Below the pieces are notes generated by a model. That model made no database searches and was not told where the DNA came from. It saw only the letters and a program-made list of their open reading frames with translations. Below are positions 18,418-27,586 of a stretch of 64,000 bases of DNA, one piece after another (positions within the stretch are counted from its first letter, which is position 1; every line of letters begins with the position of its first letter). Source of the DNA: a virus; IMG/VR virus record IMGVR_UViG_3300025108_000022, positions 1 through 64,000 of that record; one strand, given 5' to 3'. The position numbers and the translations under genes are program-made.

Positions 18418-19326
18418 GTGAGGTTCAACCCATTCGGCAACGGCGGCATTTCATTGAACGGTTTAACCGATGATGAATTGAAAATGCTGGCTGTTCAAAC
18501 AGGCGTTTCATACAACATGTTGAAAACCCAACAGCGGGCTGAAATGGCGAGTGCTGGATCGACTGGTGGAGTGGAGGGAGAATCCCTTATCCCAACAGTG
18601 GAACTTAAACTCGTCACCAACACCAAAAACCCACGAAAGGCTCGCAAAAAGAACATCAAGAAAATGCGTAAAGCCCTTCGTCCACCAAACTACAATTTGG
18701 GTCTTTTCAAGGTATATCGCTACAACGCCGCACATGAGTGCGCTTGCTGTGGTGTTGATGTGCGCCGTTTCCTTGAAGGCGACAACGCATACAATCACAT
18801 TGTTGATGAAAAGACAGGGTTGTCGTTGGCTGACATTTATTGGTTTGATGAAGACACTGGACAGGCACGAAAGCCTCTTGCCCGCACACACGGTGATCAC
18901 GGCGACGAAATGAACAGCACGCTTTGTCCAGCACATTTGCACATTTACCACACCTTGAGGTGTATGGTTGATGAACACGAATTAGCCGAAGAAGGATTTG
19001 GCAAAGTGGTCGCAAAAGGAACTCGTTTCTTGAAAGTTCCCGGTTTGAGCAAGTCGCAAAGTAAAAATCGTTCAACCCCCGAATCATTGGCGAAGTATGC
19101 ACAGTTCTTTCAAATGATTCAAAAAGACGCCCAATACTCAAAAGGAGTAGTCCTTAATCAGCACACCAACCCAATAACAGGGGTTGCGGATTTGGTGACA
19201 GTGACCTTTGATATGCGAGCCATGCAAATGGAACAAATGGCGCAACAACAATCTATGATGGGTGTTTCCCCTCAAGACATGCAAGGCACTATGGTGCCCC
19301 AAGAGCCGATGGTGGCGCAACAATAA
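18418..19326 (+). CDS. Hypothetical protein with putative Zn-binding residues
   Basis: HECACCG...LCPAHLH. Basic patch and Gln/Met-rich tail. Confidence 0.7.
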   Translation: MRFNPFGNGGISLNGLTDDELKMLAVQTGVSYNMLKTQQRAEMASAGSTGGVEGESLIPTVELKLVTNTKNPRKARKKNIKKMRKALRPPNYNLGLFKVYRYNAAHECACCGVDVRRFLEGDNAYNHIVDEKTGLSLADIYWFDEDTGQARKPLARTHGDHGDEMNSTLCPAHLHIYHTLRCMVDEHELAEEGFGKVVAKGTRFLKVPGLSKSQSKNRSTPESLAKYAQFFQMIQKDAQYSKGVVLNQHTNPITGVADLVTVTFDMRAMQMEQMAQQQSMMGVSPQDMQGTMVPQEPMVAQQ

Positions 19327-19339
19327 ACAGGTGAATAAT

Positions 19340-20005
19340 ATGGGACTTTTTGGATTTGGAGGAAATAAACCGGCAACGACACAACAATTCGGTGCCCCCT
19401 CTTTGGCCGCACAGCAAAACCAATTTGGTGGGATGCAAGGCTATGGGATGCAACAACCCCAGCAAATGGGTGCTATGGGAATGATGCAACAAGCACAGAA
19501 TCCCATGATGCAACAAGCCGCTTCAGATCCTATTCTCGCAACCTCTCAATTGTTGTCAATGTATGACCCAGTGTCAGCATTTATTGTCACCCAAAACCTC
19601 CCGCTAATGCTGGACTTGATTGGTGAAATCGTGCAATTGTCGCTCAAAGAGTTCTTCAACAATGTTCAATTCAGCGTTGATGAAGGCAAAATGAAATTAG
19701 ACACTGGTTCAATGCCTCAAACCCTCCAAACACTTTCGCCGGAAAACCTTGCTTTGACACTACAAAAGGCTCAAGGTGCCGCACAGAATGTGCTGAACCA
19801 AAACCAACAACAATTACAGATGTTCCTTGCGGCACACCAGCAAGGAATGATGATGAGCAACATGCAAGGGGCACAACAACCGGGATTCTTCGGAAGCCTT
19901 CTCGGAGGAATGATGGGCAACGCTGTTCAAAATCAAGGCGGTTTCGGAGCAACGATGGGGCAAGGCGTGAATATGGCCGCTAAGGCGGCACCATTAGGAC
20001 TGTGA
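19340..20005 (+). CDS. Gln/Met/Gly-rich low-complexity protein
   Basis: ATG 19340 follows GGTGA. A helical core is flanked by QMG-rich segments. Confidence 0.75.
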   Translation: MGLFGFGGNKPATTQQFGAPSLAAQQNQFGGMQGYGMQQPQQMGAMGMMQQAQNPMMQQAASDPILATSQLLSMYDPVSAFIVTQNLPLMLDLIGEIVQLSLKEFFNNVQFSVDEGKMKLDTGSMPQTLQTLSPENLALTLQKAQGAAQNVLNQNQQQLQMFLAAHQQGMMMSNMQGAQQPGFFGSLLGGMMGNAVQNQGGFGATMGQGVNMAAKAAPLGL

Positions 20006-20009
20006 TAAC

Positions 20010-20264
20010 ATGGGGAAGGAAGACGAACAAGCAATTAGCGGAGAGGTTTCGTGGTCGTCGGCCACGATTGATATTTTGAGTCCAAAGAAATTATTGGTGG
20101 AAAGTGCAACGATGATCTATATCATCGCCTTCATTCTTTTCTCCCTCGTCATTTTGGTTTGGAAAGGCCCAGCGTTGGGAACCAGCGCAGTGATGGCTAT
20201 GTTCTTCGGTTTGATTCTCACTGGCACTATCGCCATCCGTCAATACGCATCCTTTCGCTATTGA
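20010..20264 (+). CDS. Small 2-TM membrane protein (holin-like topology)
   Basis: MIYIIAFILFSLVILVW and AVMAMFFGLILTGTIAI. Confidence 0.7.
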   Translation: MGKEDEQAISGEVSWSSATIDILSPKKLLVESATMIYIIAFILFSLVILVWKGPALGTSAVMAMFFGLILTGTIAIRQYASFRY

Positions 20265-20304
20265 TGGGCGCAGGTATTCCGTCCCGCATTCACAGGCGTA
20301 TGAT

Positions 20305-20445
20305 GTGAAACCTCCCCCTCCCACAGTCGTTCAGCACAAATCACCGAAGTGTGCGGCTAAGAAAAAAGACGGTTCGCCGTGTAAAAACCGACCGATGCTT
20401 GATAGCGACTTTTGCGGTGTCCATCGCCGTAAGAATGAAAAGTGA
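20305..20445 (+). CDS. Small C3H zinc-finger-like ORF (start uncertain)
   Basis: Not in the track. PPPPTVVQHKSPKCAAKKKDGSPCKNRPMLDSDFCGVHRRKNEK. Confidence 0.6.
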   Translation: MKPPPPTVVQHKSPKCAAKKKDGSPCKNRPMLDSDFCGVHRRKNEK

Positions 20446-20472
20446 AATAAACTCGCCCGCTATCGGTAAAAT

Positions 20473-21183
20473 ATGACGGGGAGGCGTGTTCGCAGGAATT
20501 GTCCTTTTTGTCAAGACGACAGGCGTGATCAATGGGAACAACAAATCCGCATTGGATTGCTTGAACCCGCCGAATTAGATTTGACCCATGACTGGCCCGA
20601 AGGCACTGCACATCGCCACATGAGAAGGCATTCCGGCGAGTATCATAACAATAGCAATACAGAATGTCCTCTATGCACTCATCCCGAAAGAGCCAACATT
20701 GAACACGCTGTCCTTGAGCGTCTTGTCAGTATGGACGACATGGCGACTGAATTGGACATAAGCGAAGAGGCTCTTGCTCAACACATGGAAAATCACACTC
20801 AACCTATCATTCAACGACAGGTCAACATGGAGATTATGCCCGCCGCCATTGACAGCGCACGCACGGCCATGCAACAAAGTGAGCGAAACCTCCAACGACT
20901 TAATGGACTCTTTAACGACCACTTGGATCTGATGCAAGAGGAACGGATGGAGTCGGGGACACTTGACTACAAGGGATTAGACACCGCAGTAAAACTGCAC
21001 CGTGAAGTCCGTGATTCATTGACCGAGATTGGCGAGTGGCTGGAAAAGGCCGAGGCCGTTGGTGGCAACGAACAGGTCAGCGTCTTGACAGTCATACAAG
21101 CACACTTCTCCGAAAAGTCGCCCGAAGAGTGGCGAGTCATGCGTAAGGCGTTAGCCGAAGCGGGGGTGCTTGAAGATGGCTAA
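20473..21183 (+). CDS. Putative DNA-binding protein with two CxxC...HxxxH units plus coiled coil (terminase small subunit candidate)
   Basis: CPFC...HRHMRRH and CPLC...QHMENH. Helical C-terminus. Confidence 0.5.
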   Translation: MTGRRVRRNCPFCQDDRRDQWEQQIRIGLLEPAELDLTHDWPEGTAHRHMRRHSGEYHNNSNTECPLCTHPERANIEHAVLERLVSMDDMATELDISEEALAQHMENHTQPIIQRQVNMEIMPAAIDSARTAMQQSERNLQRLNGLFNDHLDLMQEERMESGTLDYKGLDTAVKLHREVRDSLTEIGEWLEKAEAVGGNEQVSVLTVIQAHFSEKSPEEWRVMRKALAEAGVLEDG

Positions 21184-21586
21184 TGAATGTGCAACGATGA
21201 ACTGTGAAGACAAATCCGACAAAGACGATTTCGCATACTGTGGACAAGGCAATTGTTCCTCATGCGGTGGTGGATGCGGTGATGATAATTGCTCAAAGTG
21301 CAACCGCCGTCCAAAATGGGGTTCTAAGAAGGCATCCATTGACCGAGCGTTCAGCACAGGTTGGTCTATCATCAAAGCAAAGACACCTCGCTTTTGTCCC
21401 ATGTGCATGTCTTCGGAATTAGAACTTGACACGAAAGAGGATAACCTGCGGGAATTGAAAGAGGGAAGAGGTTCATATCGCTTTGATAGAGATCCTGCTT
21501 ATTTGAGGCGTGAAGAACAAAAAATCATGCAAGGCCCGAATTATTGGGGCTATTGCTTGAATTGTGATCATGAGATGGAGGGTTAG
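21176..21586 (+). CDS. Cys-rich protein with internal tag
   Basis: CGQGNCSSCGGGCGDDNCSKC, then RAFSTGWSIIKAK, then CPMC...CLNC. Confidence 0.7.
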   Translation: MANECATMNCEDKSDKDDFAYCGQGNCSSCGGGCGDDNCSKCNRRPKWGSKKASIDRAFSTGWSIIKAKTPRFCPMCMSSELELDTKEDNLRELKEGRGSYRFDRDPAYLRREEQKIMQGPNYWGYCLNCDHEMEG

Positions 21587-21589
21587 TCA

Positions 21590-22012
21590 ATGGATGAAAG
21601 AGGCTATCAAACAATCCCAGCGTTGATGTTGAAGCACACCGAATACGCTGAACTATTGCACGGCAACAGCGACATTTTTACAATGTGTGAAGCACTGCAA
21701 ATGTGCGACGCACTTGAAGAAGTCGTCGGGGTGTGGAAAGAAGGTCTTGACGCATTTGGCCTCACATCCCAAGAGGATTGCTCAAGTGAAGCATTAGGCG
21801 CAATCATGCTCATGCGTATGGGCTTTCACGATCTCAAGAAGGCTTTGCCCGAAGTTCCCCGTGAAGAAGCCGACGAACTTTTGCGAGCCGTAGCAAGGGC
21901 GTTCCTGCCTTTGGCTCAATCATACTCCAAGACACCAATGTTGGCGCAGTGGTATATGGGACTCCCTATACTCGTTGCCGAAACATACAACCGCTTGAGG
22001 GGGCAACGATAA
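21590..22012 (+). CDS. Hypothetical helical protein
   Basis: 140-aa ORF with a GGAGGG SD, coupled to the next gene. Confidence 0.7.
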   Translation: MDERGYQTIPALMLKHTEYAELLHGNSDIFTMCEALQMCDALEEVVGVWKEGLDAFGLTSQEDCSSEALGAIMLMRMGFHDLKKALPEVPREEADELLRAVARAFLPLAQSYSKTPMLAQWYMGLPILVAETYNRLRGQR

Positions 22013-22500
22013 TGCAAGCAATAGGAAGAAACGCATTTTTAGCAGGACTTGAGTTCATCAAAGAAGATCCATGTTGGGACGGCTACGAGCAAGTCGGCAT
22101 GAAAAATAAGGGAGGGCGTGAAGTGCCGAACTGTGTCCCAGCGAGCAAGAAAATACCGGACAGCAAAAAGAAAAGTAAAGTGAAGAAGTCAATTTGCTCT
22201 TGTCCCGAATGCCACATGATGGCTAAGGCACTTCTCACCAAAGAAAGCGACAAACCCTTTCACGGCTACAATCCAAACAAACACAGCCGCAAAGGCGGAT
22301 TGAACGCTAAAGGCCGTGCAAAGGCCAAGCGTGAAGAAGGAGCAAACCTCAAACCACCAGTCACCGAAAAGAACCCGACTGGCAAAAAGAAGGCACGAAA
22401 GAAGTCCTTCTGTGCCCGTATGGGTGGTGTCAAAGGGCCGACCAGCAAAGGCGGCAAAAAGACACCAAAGGGTGCCGCACTTGATAGGTGGAATTGCTAA
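22012..22500 (+). CDS. Basic tagged protein with short phage modules (putative internal head protein)
   Basis: NAFLAGLEFIK tag. PCWDGYEQVGMK..GGREVPNCVP and KGGLNAKGR...RKKSFCARM are modules I recognise from marine phage proteins. Confidence 0.65.
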   Translation: MQAIGRNAFLAGLEFIKEDPCWDGYEQVGMKNKGGREVPNCVPASKKIPDSKKKSKVKKSICSCPECHMMAKALLTKESDKPFHGYNPNKHSRKGGLNAKGRAKAKREEGANLKPPVTEKNPTGKKKARKKSFCARMGGVKGPTSKGGKKTPKGAALDRWNC

Positions 22501-22865
22501 TGAAAGACGGTTGCTGTTGCGGTGCGACAAAATCTAAACCATGCGTTTGCATGAAGAAAGGCATAACAAAATGTTCAAGCAAAGAGCCGAAGTGCCCTTG
22601 CTACAAAGCGAAGGATTTGAAGAAGTCTTTTGATGCTGGTTGGTCTGTGGTGAAAATGAACCCACGCTTGCCAAAGGACGGTGCGCTTGACGGAGTTCTT
22701 TCAAGGAACCCCGACCCACCAACCATGCACGCAGGTATGCCGAGAGATCCCGATTTGTTGGCTCGCTTGAAGCGAATGCACGAAGCAAAAATGAAAGAGG
22801 AAGAGGAAAACACTGTTGACTTTGACCCCGAAACCGCCAAATACGGAATTAACAATTTAGAGTGA
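22500..22865 (+). CDS. Cys-rich protein with internal tag
   Basis: MKDGCCCG...CVC..C..CPC, then KSFDAGWSVVKM. Confidence 0.7.
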   Translation: MKDGCCCGATKSKPCVCMKKGITKCSSKEPKCPCYKAKDLKKSFDAGWSVVKMNPRLPKDGALDGVLSRNPDPPTMHAGMPRDPDLLARLKRMHEAKMKEEEENTVDFDPETAKYGINNLE

Positions 22866-22870
22866 TTATT

Positions 22871-24538
22871 ATGTCAATGGCAAACCCCCGTCGCAATCCC
22901 GGTGAAGAATCCTTGCGGGTTCAAGAGTTCACTGGCGGTTTTCGTGGGCGAGAAATGATGGGGGACTATGATGTCAACCCAAATGAAAACGCTGACGGTT
23001 TGTCCCACATCAGCCAATACGGTGCTGGCTCGCAAGAAACACGCGATCAAATGGATCCGGTGACACGCAAAAAGAAAGCCCTCAAAGAATTGGAGGGCGA
23101 CATCCCACACATTTCAATCCAACCCGAAGAAATGGCTGAAACTCTCAACGACACCCCAATGATGGCTGGTGAAAGCGCACTGCTTGAATCGGGCATGGGT
23201 GTTGATATGGGGCATAAAAACGGCTTGAGCATTTCAGCCGGTGCCAACGCTGGCCCTGTTCAGCGTGAAGGGCCGGGAATGATTTTTGGCCGAAGCAACG
23301 ACGCATTTGAAGACGCTTGGTCGTTGGTGAAGAACGGTGAAGATGAGGACTTACCTTCAAGAGAAGAAATGATTGGGGACATGGAAGACCAAAGAGCCGA
23401 AATGTTGCAGGATCAATACTCCGAGATGGACGAAGAAAAGAAGGGGAGAATGCAAGGATTCATGCTCTCCGACCTGTTTGAACTCAAAGATGTCGGTTTT
23501 GCTGGCACTTCAAAGGGCGGTTTTATGGAAGGCCAACCACCTATTACACCGGACTTGGCACCCGAAGCGGAAAGGCAAGCGATGGAGCAAATGCCTCATC
23601 CACTCGGAGGCTGGCCCGAAGGCTCGTTCAAATGGTTCGCTCCAACACCTATGGGCGAAGAACAAGAGTTCTCCGAAGACTTTCAAGAAAAACTCGCATC
23701 ATCCGACCCTCGGTTCGTTTCCGACATCGTAAAGGCAAAGCGCAAAAAGAAAGGGCGCAAATACGAAGAGGACGAGGAATCCGAAGAGGATGAAAAGAAA
23801 GCAAAAAAGAAAGGCAAGAGGGAACGAAAGCGCAAAATGAAGCGTGGCAAGAAAGAAGCCAGTCGTCAACCCGAAAGCAAATCAAAGCGTCGTGCCGCCG
23901 CCGCTGAACAAAACCTCACACGCCACACCAAGCGTCAAGCATTTGCTCCACGCCGTATGTTTAGTGGCAATCCACGGGCGAAAGACATGCCCCTCCGACT
24001 CCGAGATCCGGTTGCATATCAACGCAAATTAGCGGCTGAAAAGTTCCGTCGTGAAATGGGTTCACTCCCAACCGGACAATCCGCACACGCCGATACAAGA
24101 GGTATCACAGGAAAGGTGCAAACAATCGGTATGGGCGGAAAGGGAACAAAAATGCCTTCACAACCCTCATCCAGTAAAGGCACATCCTTCAAAAAGCCAA
24201 AAAATGCTGAAAGGGACGCCGCTTTGCTCCATGACCCACTGGGCGGGGACGCATTGAAAATGGATATTGAAAAGCGTCTTCAATCAAGGGCAACCGACAT
24301 CAGTGGCTTCACCCGAACCGAACTCCAATCCCTCAAGCGTGATTTGAAGAAACTCCTTGAAGCAGTTCAAAAATTGACAAAATCCACCCCCGAACTTGGT
24401 GCCGAAGCCAAAAGAGGGAATCAAGCAAGTGAGGAAAAAGCAAGTGCCCCGACCGGCCCGACTGAAAATCTAAAAGGTTGGAGATTTGACGACACCTCGC
24501 TTATGCCCGTGGCGTTTGCGGGGGCCAGCAAGCGATGA
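22871..24538 (+). CDS. Disordered protein with acidic and basic blocks and an internal tag (putative internal head/core protein)
   Basis: NDAFEDAWSLVKN, SDIVKAK and a Lys/Arg-rich block. Confidence 0.7.
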   Translation: MSMANPRRNPGEESLRVQEFTGGFRGREMMGDYDVNPNENADGLSHISQYGAGSQETRDQMDPVTRKKKALKELEGDIPHISIQPEEMAETLNDTPMMAGESALLESGMGVDMGHKNGLSISAGANAGPVQREGPGMIFGRSNDAFEDAWSLVKNGEDEDLPSREEMIGDMEDQRAEMLQDQYSEMDEEKKGRMQGFMLSDLFELKDVGFAGTSKGGFMEGQPPITPDLAPEAERQAMEQMPHPLGGWPEGSFKWFAPTPMGEEQEFSEDFQEKLASSDPRFVSDIVKAKRKKKGRKYEEDEESEEDEKKAKKKGKRERKRKMKRGKKEASRQPESKSKRRAAAAEQNLTRHTKRQAFAPRRMFSGNPRAKDMPLRLRDPVAYQRKLAAEKFRREMGSLPTGQSAHADTRGITGKVQTIGMGGKGTKMPSQPSSSKGTSFKKPKNAERDAALLHDPLGGDALKMDIEKRLQSRATDISGFTRTELQSLKRDLKKLLEAVQKLTKSTPELGAEAKRGNQASEEKASAPTGPTENLKGWRFDDTSLMPVAFAGASKR

Positions 24539-26562
24539 GCATTCTCCGCACACCGTGGTCTATTCTTGATCGATGCACCATAATTAACAAAGGTCTTGGG
24601 TTCTTTGACTTTAATGAACTCATCAACGGTTTGCTTGGAATGGTCGGCCCTAACGGCCAGTTAATGGGTTATCCAATGGCTATGGACGACATTACAGGCG
24701 AACATTTGACTGGCGTTGAAGCCGACGCTGTGTATGAAGCAATTTACAACGCCGACCCATCAGATCCGCAACACTTGACAATCCAAGAAGCCGCTTTAAT
24801 CCAAGCGGGGCCACAGGGCGATGAAGACACTTACAAAGCCGCACTGCAAAAAGCAATTGAAATCGGCAGTAAAACCATCAACCACGCCGTTGAAGTGCAA
24901 AATCACCTATGGGGACAAAAGCGTCAAGAAGCCTCCATGACAGGAAAAGGTCTTGACAAAATACCCGACGATTTACCACTGCCCTTCAAGACCGATATGG
25001 GGCGTGCGGTTTTAGATTCGCAGTGGCGTGAAGGGGTTTGGGGGCCACAGAAGAAAGAAACACCGTGGCAATTTGACGCATACGGTGTGCCTAAACTTCG
25101 GGTCGGAAACCGAGATCAAGAAAACTTTCAAAACGAATCATGGAACCGACCATATCACGAAGGACTCAAGTGGGTGCGTGAGCAATCGGGCCACACAGGC
25201 AATACAAGCAAAGTCATTAAACCCGGCAAAGTTCGGCCAAACGGCATTTACATTAACAATGAAGCATACAAGCATAGTATTGCTATGGTGAATGAAATGG
25301 CTCAACAGGCTCAAATGGGCGGCTATGAATTGACACCCGAAATGGTTCAAAACGCATGGTTGAATCACCCAGTGTTGAGCCAACACGCTCCCGAAAACAA
25401 AACCAACATCCAGCACCTCTATGGCATTCGCCGACGAGAAGCCGCACAGTCACCCGACACACCCGGCATTGTCGCCGACGCTGTGCCCGAAGGGCCGGAT
25501 GCCGCACAGCAAGCAATTGAGCAACAGCAAATGCCTCAATCCCCAATGGACGCATACAGCACATGGTTTGAAGATGGGTTCAAGAGCGAGAAGGGCGTGG
25601 ACTTGTATGCAAACTCATTTGCCAACAAGCGTGCTTACCTCCCTAAATTGCACCAATACTTGGGTGACAAATACAACATGGGCGACAATATGCCTTCAAT
25701 TGAAGAATTGGTTGCTCAAGGTTCCGGCAGGGCTGGGGCAGATCGTCTTGTCAGCGGTTTCATCAGTCACATTCAAAGAACCAATCCGGGCATTCAGCCA
25801 AACCAAAACAGGATGCAAGAACCTCAACAACCACAACCTCAACCCGAACCGCAACCTCAACAACCACCTCAACCCACAAACACAGGACAGCCACAGGGGC
25901 CGCAGGGACTTCGTGAAGCGATGGAGCGTCAAAAAGCAAGGAGAGCGCAAGCCCGTGAACCTCAACAACAGCCACAGCCACCAGCACCTCAACCCGAACC
26001 ACAGCCACCAGCACCCCCCGTCGTTCAGCCCCAACCACCAGCACCTCCTGTGCCACGCCAACAACCAGCACCACCAGTTCCTCGTCAGCAACCAGCACCA
26101 CCAGCAACAGTGGGACAAATACCCCCCAACATTCCCCCCGAACAACCTCCTTCTCGCCTAAATGCTTTTCAAGCGCAACCTGCTGGCTCTCAACGGCAGG
26201 ACGGCCCGCCACGATTTAGAGAGGGATGGAGAGGAATGGCTGATAAACTTGCATACCTCACTGGACGAGGTGCCGGACGCATGGGCAACATGTTCGGCAA
26301 AGAGGACATTGAATCCATGCTTGAAACCGTCCAATGTCAAATCGCTTTGCAGGATGATACCATCGCAAAGTCCGTCCCCCACACCCCTATGATTCAATCC
26401 AACGCAACGGATCTCGCCATGATGGCGGGCCAAATACAACGCCCAGTGTCCGATGTCGTCGCCATCCTCAATAGCAGGGGCGACTGGCGTGAGATGTCCA
26501 AATCAATGGACATCCCGTTGGATTGCATACAATTGGTGAAGGTGACTTTCAATGATCAGTAA
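24535..26562 (+). CDS. Hypothetical protein with Pro/Gln-rich region
   Basis: 675 aa. PQ repeats at ~25820-26150. Confidence 0.75.
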   Translation: MSILRTPWSILDRCTIINKGLGFFDFNELINGLLGMVGPNGQLMGYPMAMDDITGEHLTGVEADAVYEAIYNADPSDPQHLTIQEAALIQAGPQGDEDTYKAALQKAIEIGSKTINHAVEVQNHLWGQKRQEASMTGKGLDKIPDDLPLPFKTDMGRAVLDSQWREGVWGPQKKETPWQFDAYGVPKLRVGNRDQENFQNESWNRPYHEGLKWVREQSGHTGNTSKVIKPGKVRPNGIYINNEAYKHSIAMVNEMAQQAQMGGYELTPEMVQNAWLNHPVLSQHAPENKTNIQHLYGIRRREAAQSPDTPGIVADAVPEGPDAAQQAIEQQQMPQSPMDAYSTWFEDGFKSEKGVDLYANSFANKRAYLPKLHQYLGDKYNMGDNMPSIEELVAQGSGRAGADRLVSGFISHIQRTNPGIQPNQNRMQEPQQPQPQPEPQPQQPPQPTNTGQPQGPQGLREAMERQKARRAQAREPQQQPQPPAPQPEPQPPAPPVVQPQPPAPPVPRQQPAPPVPRQQPAPPATVGQIPPNIPPEQPPSRLNAFQAQPAGSQRQDGPPRFREGWRGMADKLAYLTGRGAGRMGNMFGKEDIESMLETVQCQIALQDDTIAKSVPHTPMIQSNATDLAMMAGQIQRPVSDVVAILNSRGDWREMSKSMDIPLDCIQLVKVTFNDQ

Positions 26563-27580
26563 GCGTGAGTTCAGTGCAGACAGAATGGCAAGAGCGAGAA
26601 TGCTTGCTGAAAGAGAGGCTTTTGAGAAAGGGGCAAAATGGGATGCCGCAAAAAGGGGAATGATGAATCCTATTCAAAGTGCAAAAGGGGTGGCGAACCG
26701 CCTCGGCGATGCCAACGAAAGACGAAAAGCAAGAGGCGAGTTCAACCAATTAGGAGCAACGGCTCAAGCATCATTCGGTGGAGATGCCGATGCTTATGCA
26801 AATCAAATCAGTGATAAACGCAGGAAAGGGAGAGAAACTGAACAATTGGACGCTATGAACGCTAAGGTCGGAAATCCACTACCAGCCGCCGCCGCACCAG
26901 CGGCAGGGGCACCAGCACCAGCGGCAGGGGCACCAGCACCAGCGGCAGGAGCCGCACCGGCAGGAGGCGCACCAGCACCAGCGGCAGGAGCCGCACCAGC
27001 AGGGGGCGCACCAGCAGGAGGCGCACCGGCAGGGGGCGCACCGGCAGGTGGAGCAGGAGCAGGAGCCGCACCAGCAGGTGGAGCAGGAGCAGGTGGAGCA
27101 GGAGCAGGTGGAGCAGGAGCCGCACCAGCACCAGCGGCAGGAGCCGCACCGGCAGGAGGCGCACCAGCGGCGGCACCAGCGGCGGCACCAGCGGCGGCAC
27201 CAGCGGCGGCACCAGCAAACAACATGCAACAAATGGCACAGAACATGGCGTTCGGTGCTGACGCTCAAGCAATTCAAGCCGGAAAAGGCGGCGAAAAGCA
27301 ATCGTGGATGAAAGACCGTTCATTTGGTGGAAAGGTTGCCGATGTATTGTCAATGGGATTAACAAGCGGTATGGGGTCAACAGGAATCATGGCTCGCAAC
27401 CAAGCCAACAAAAAGAACGAGGCGCAAACACAACGCTACAATCAAGCACAGAATAACATGCAACAACGCTTCATGGGCAACCAAGTGGCGAACCCAATGT
27501 TCGGCAAAGCCCAAAAATCCGCAGATCGTATTCACCGTTCAATTGAACATATTATGCTACGCAAACAAATGAGAAGGTGA
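26552..27580 (+). CDS. Ala/Gly/Pro-repeat protein
   Basis: 342 aa with a central (APAAG/APAGG)n region. Confidence 0.75.
   Translation: MISKREFSADRMARARMLAEREAFEKGAKWDAAKRGMMNPIQSAKGVANRLGDANERRKARGEFNQLGATAQASFGGDADAYANQISDKRRKGRETEQLDAMNAKVGNPLPAAAAPAAGAPAPAAGAPAPAAGAAPAGGAPAPAAGAAPAGGAPAGGAPAGGAPAGGAGAGAAPAGGAGAGGAGAGGAGAAPAPAAGAAPAGGAPAAAPAAAPAAAPAAAPANNMQQMAQNMAFGADAQAIQAGKGGEKQSWMKDRSFGGKVADVLSMGLTSGMGSTGIMARNQANKKNEAQTQRYNQAQNNMQQRFMGNQVANPMFGKAQKSADRIHRSIEHIMLRKQMRR
26880..27216 (+). repeat. Coding tandem repeats (GCACCAGCGGCAGG-type)
   Basis: Degenerate short tandem units encoding Ala/Gly/Pro. Confidence 0.9.
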
Positions 27581-27586
27581 TTTCAA

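Noticed and set aside
26803-27380. Minus-strand and alternate-frame ORFs (AGAP, CRWCWC and LLLV repeats)
   Set aside because: These are shadows of the Ala/Gly/Pro tandem repeat in the plus-strand gene, which is coupled to its neighbours.
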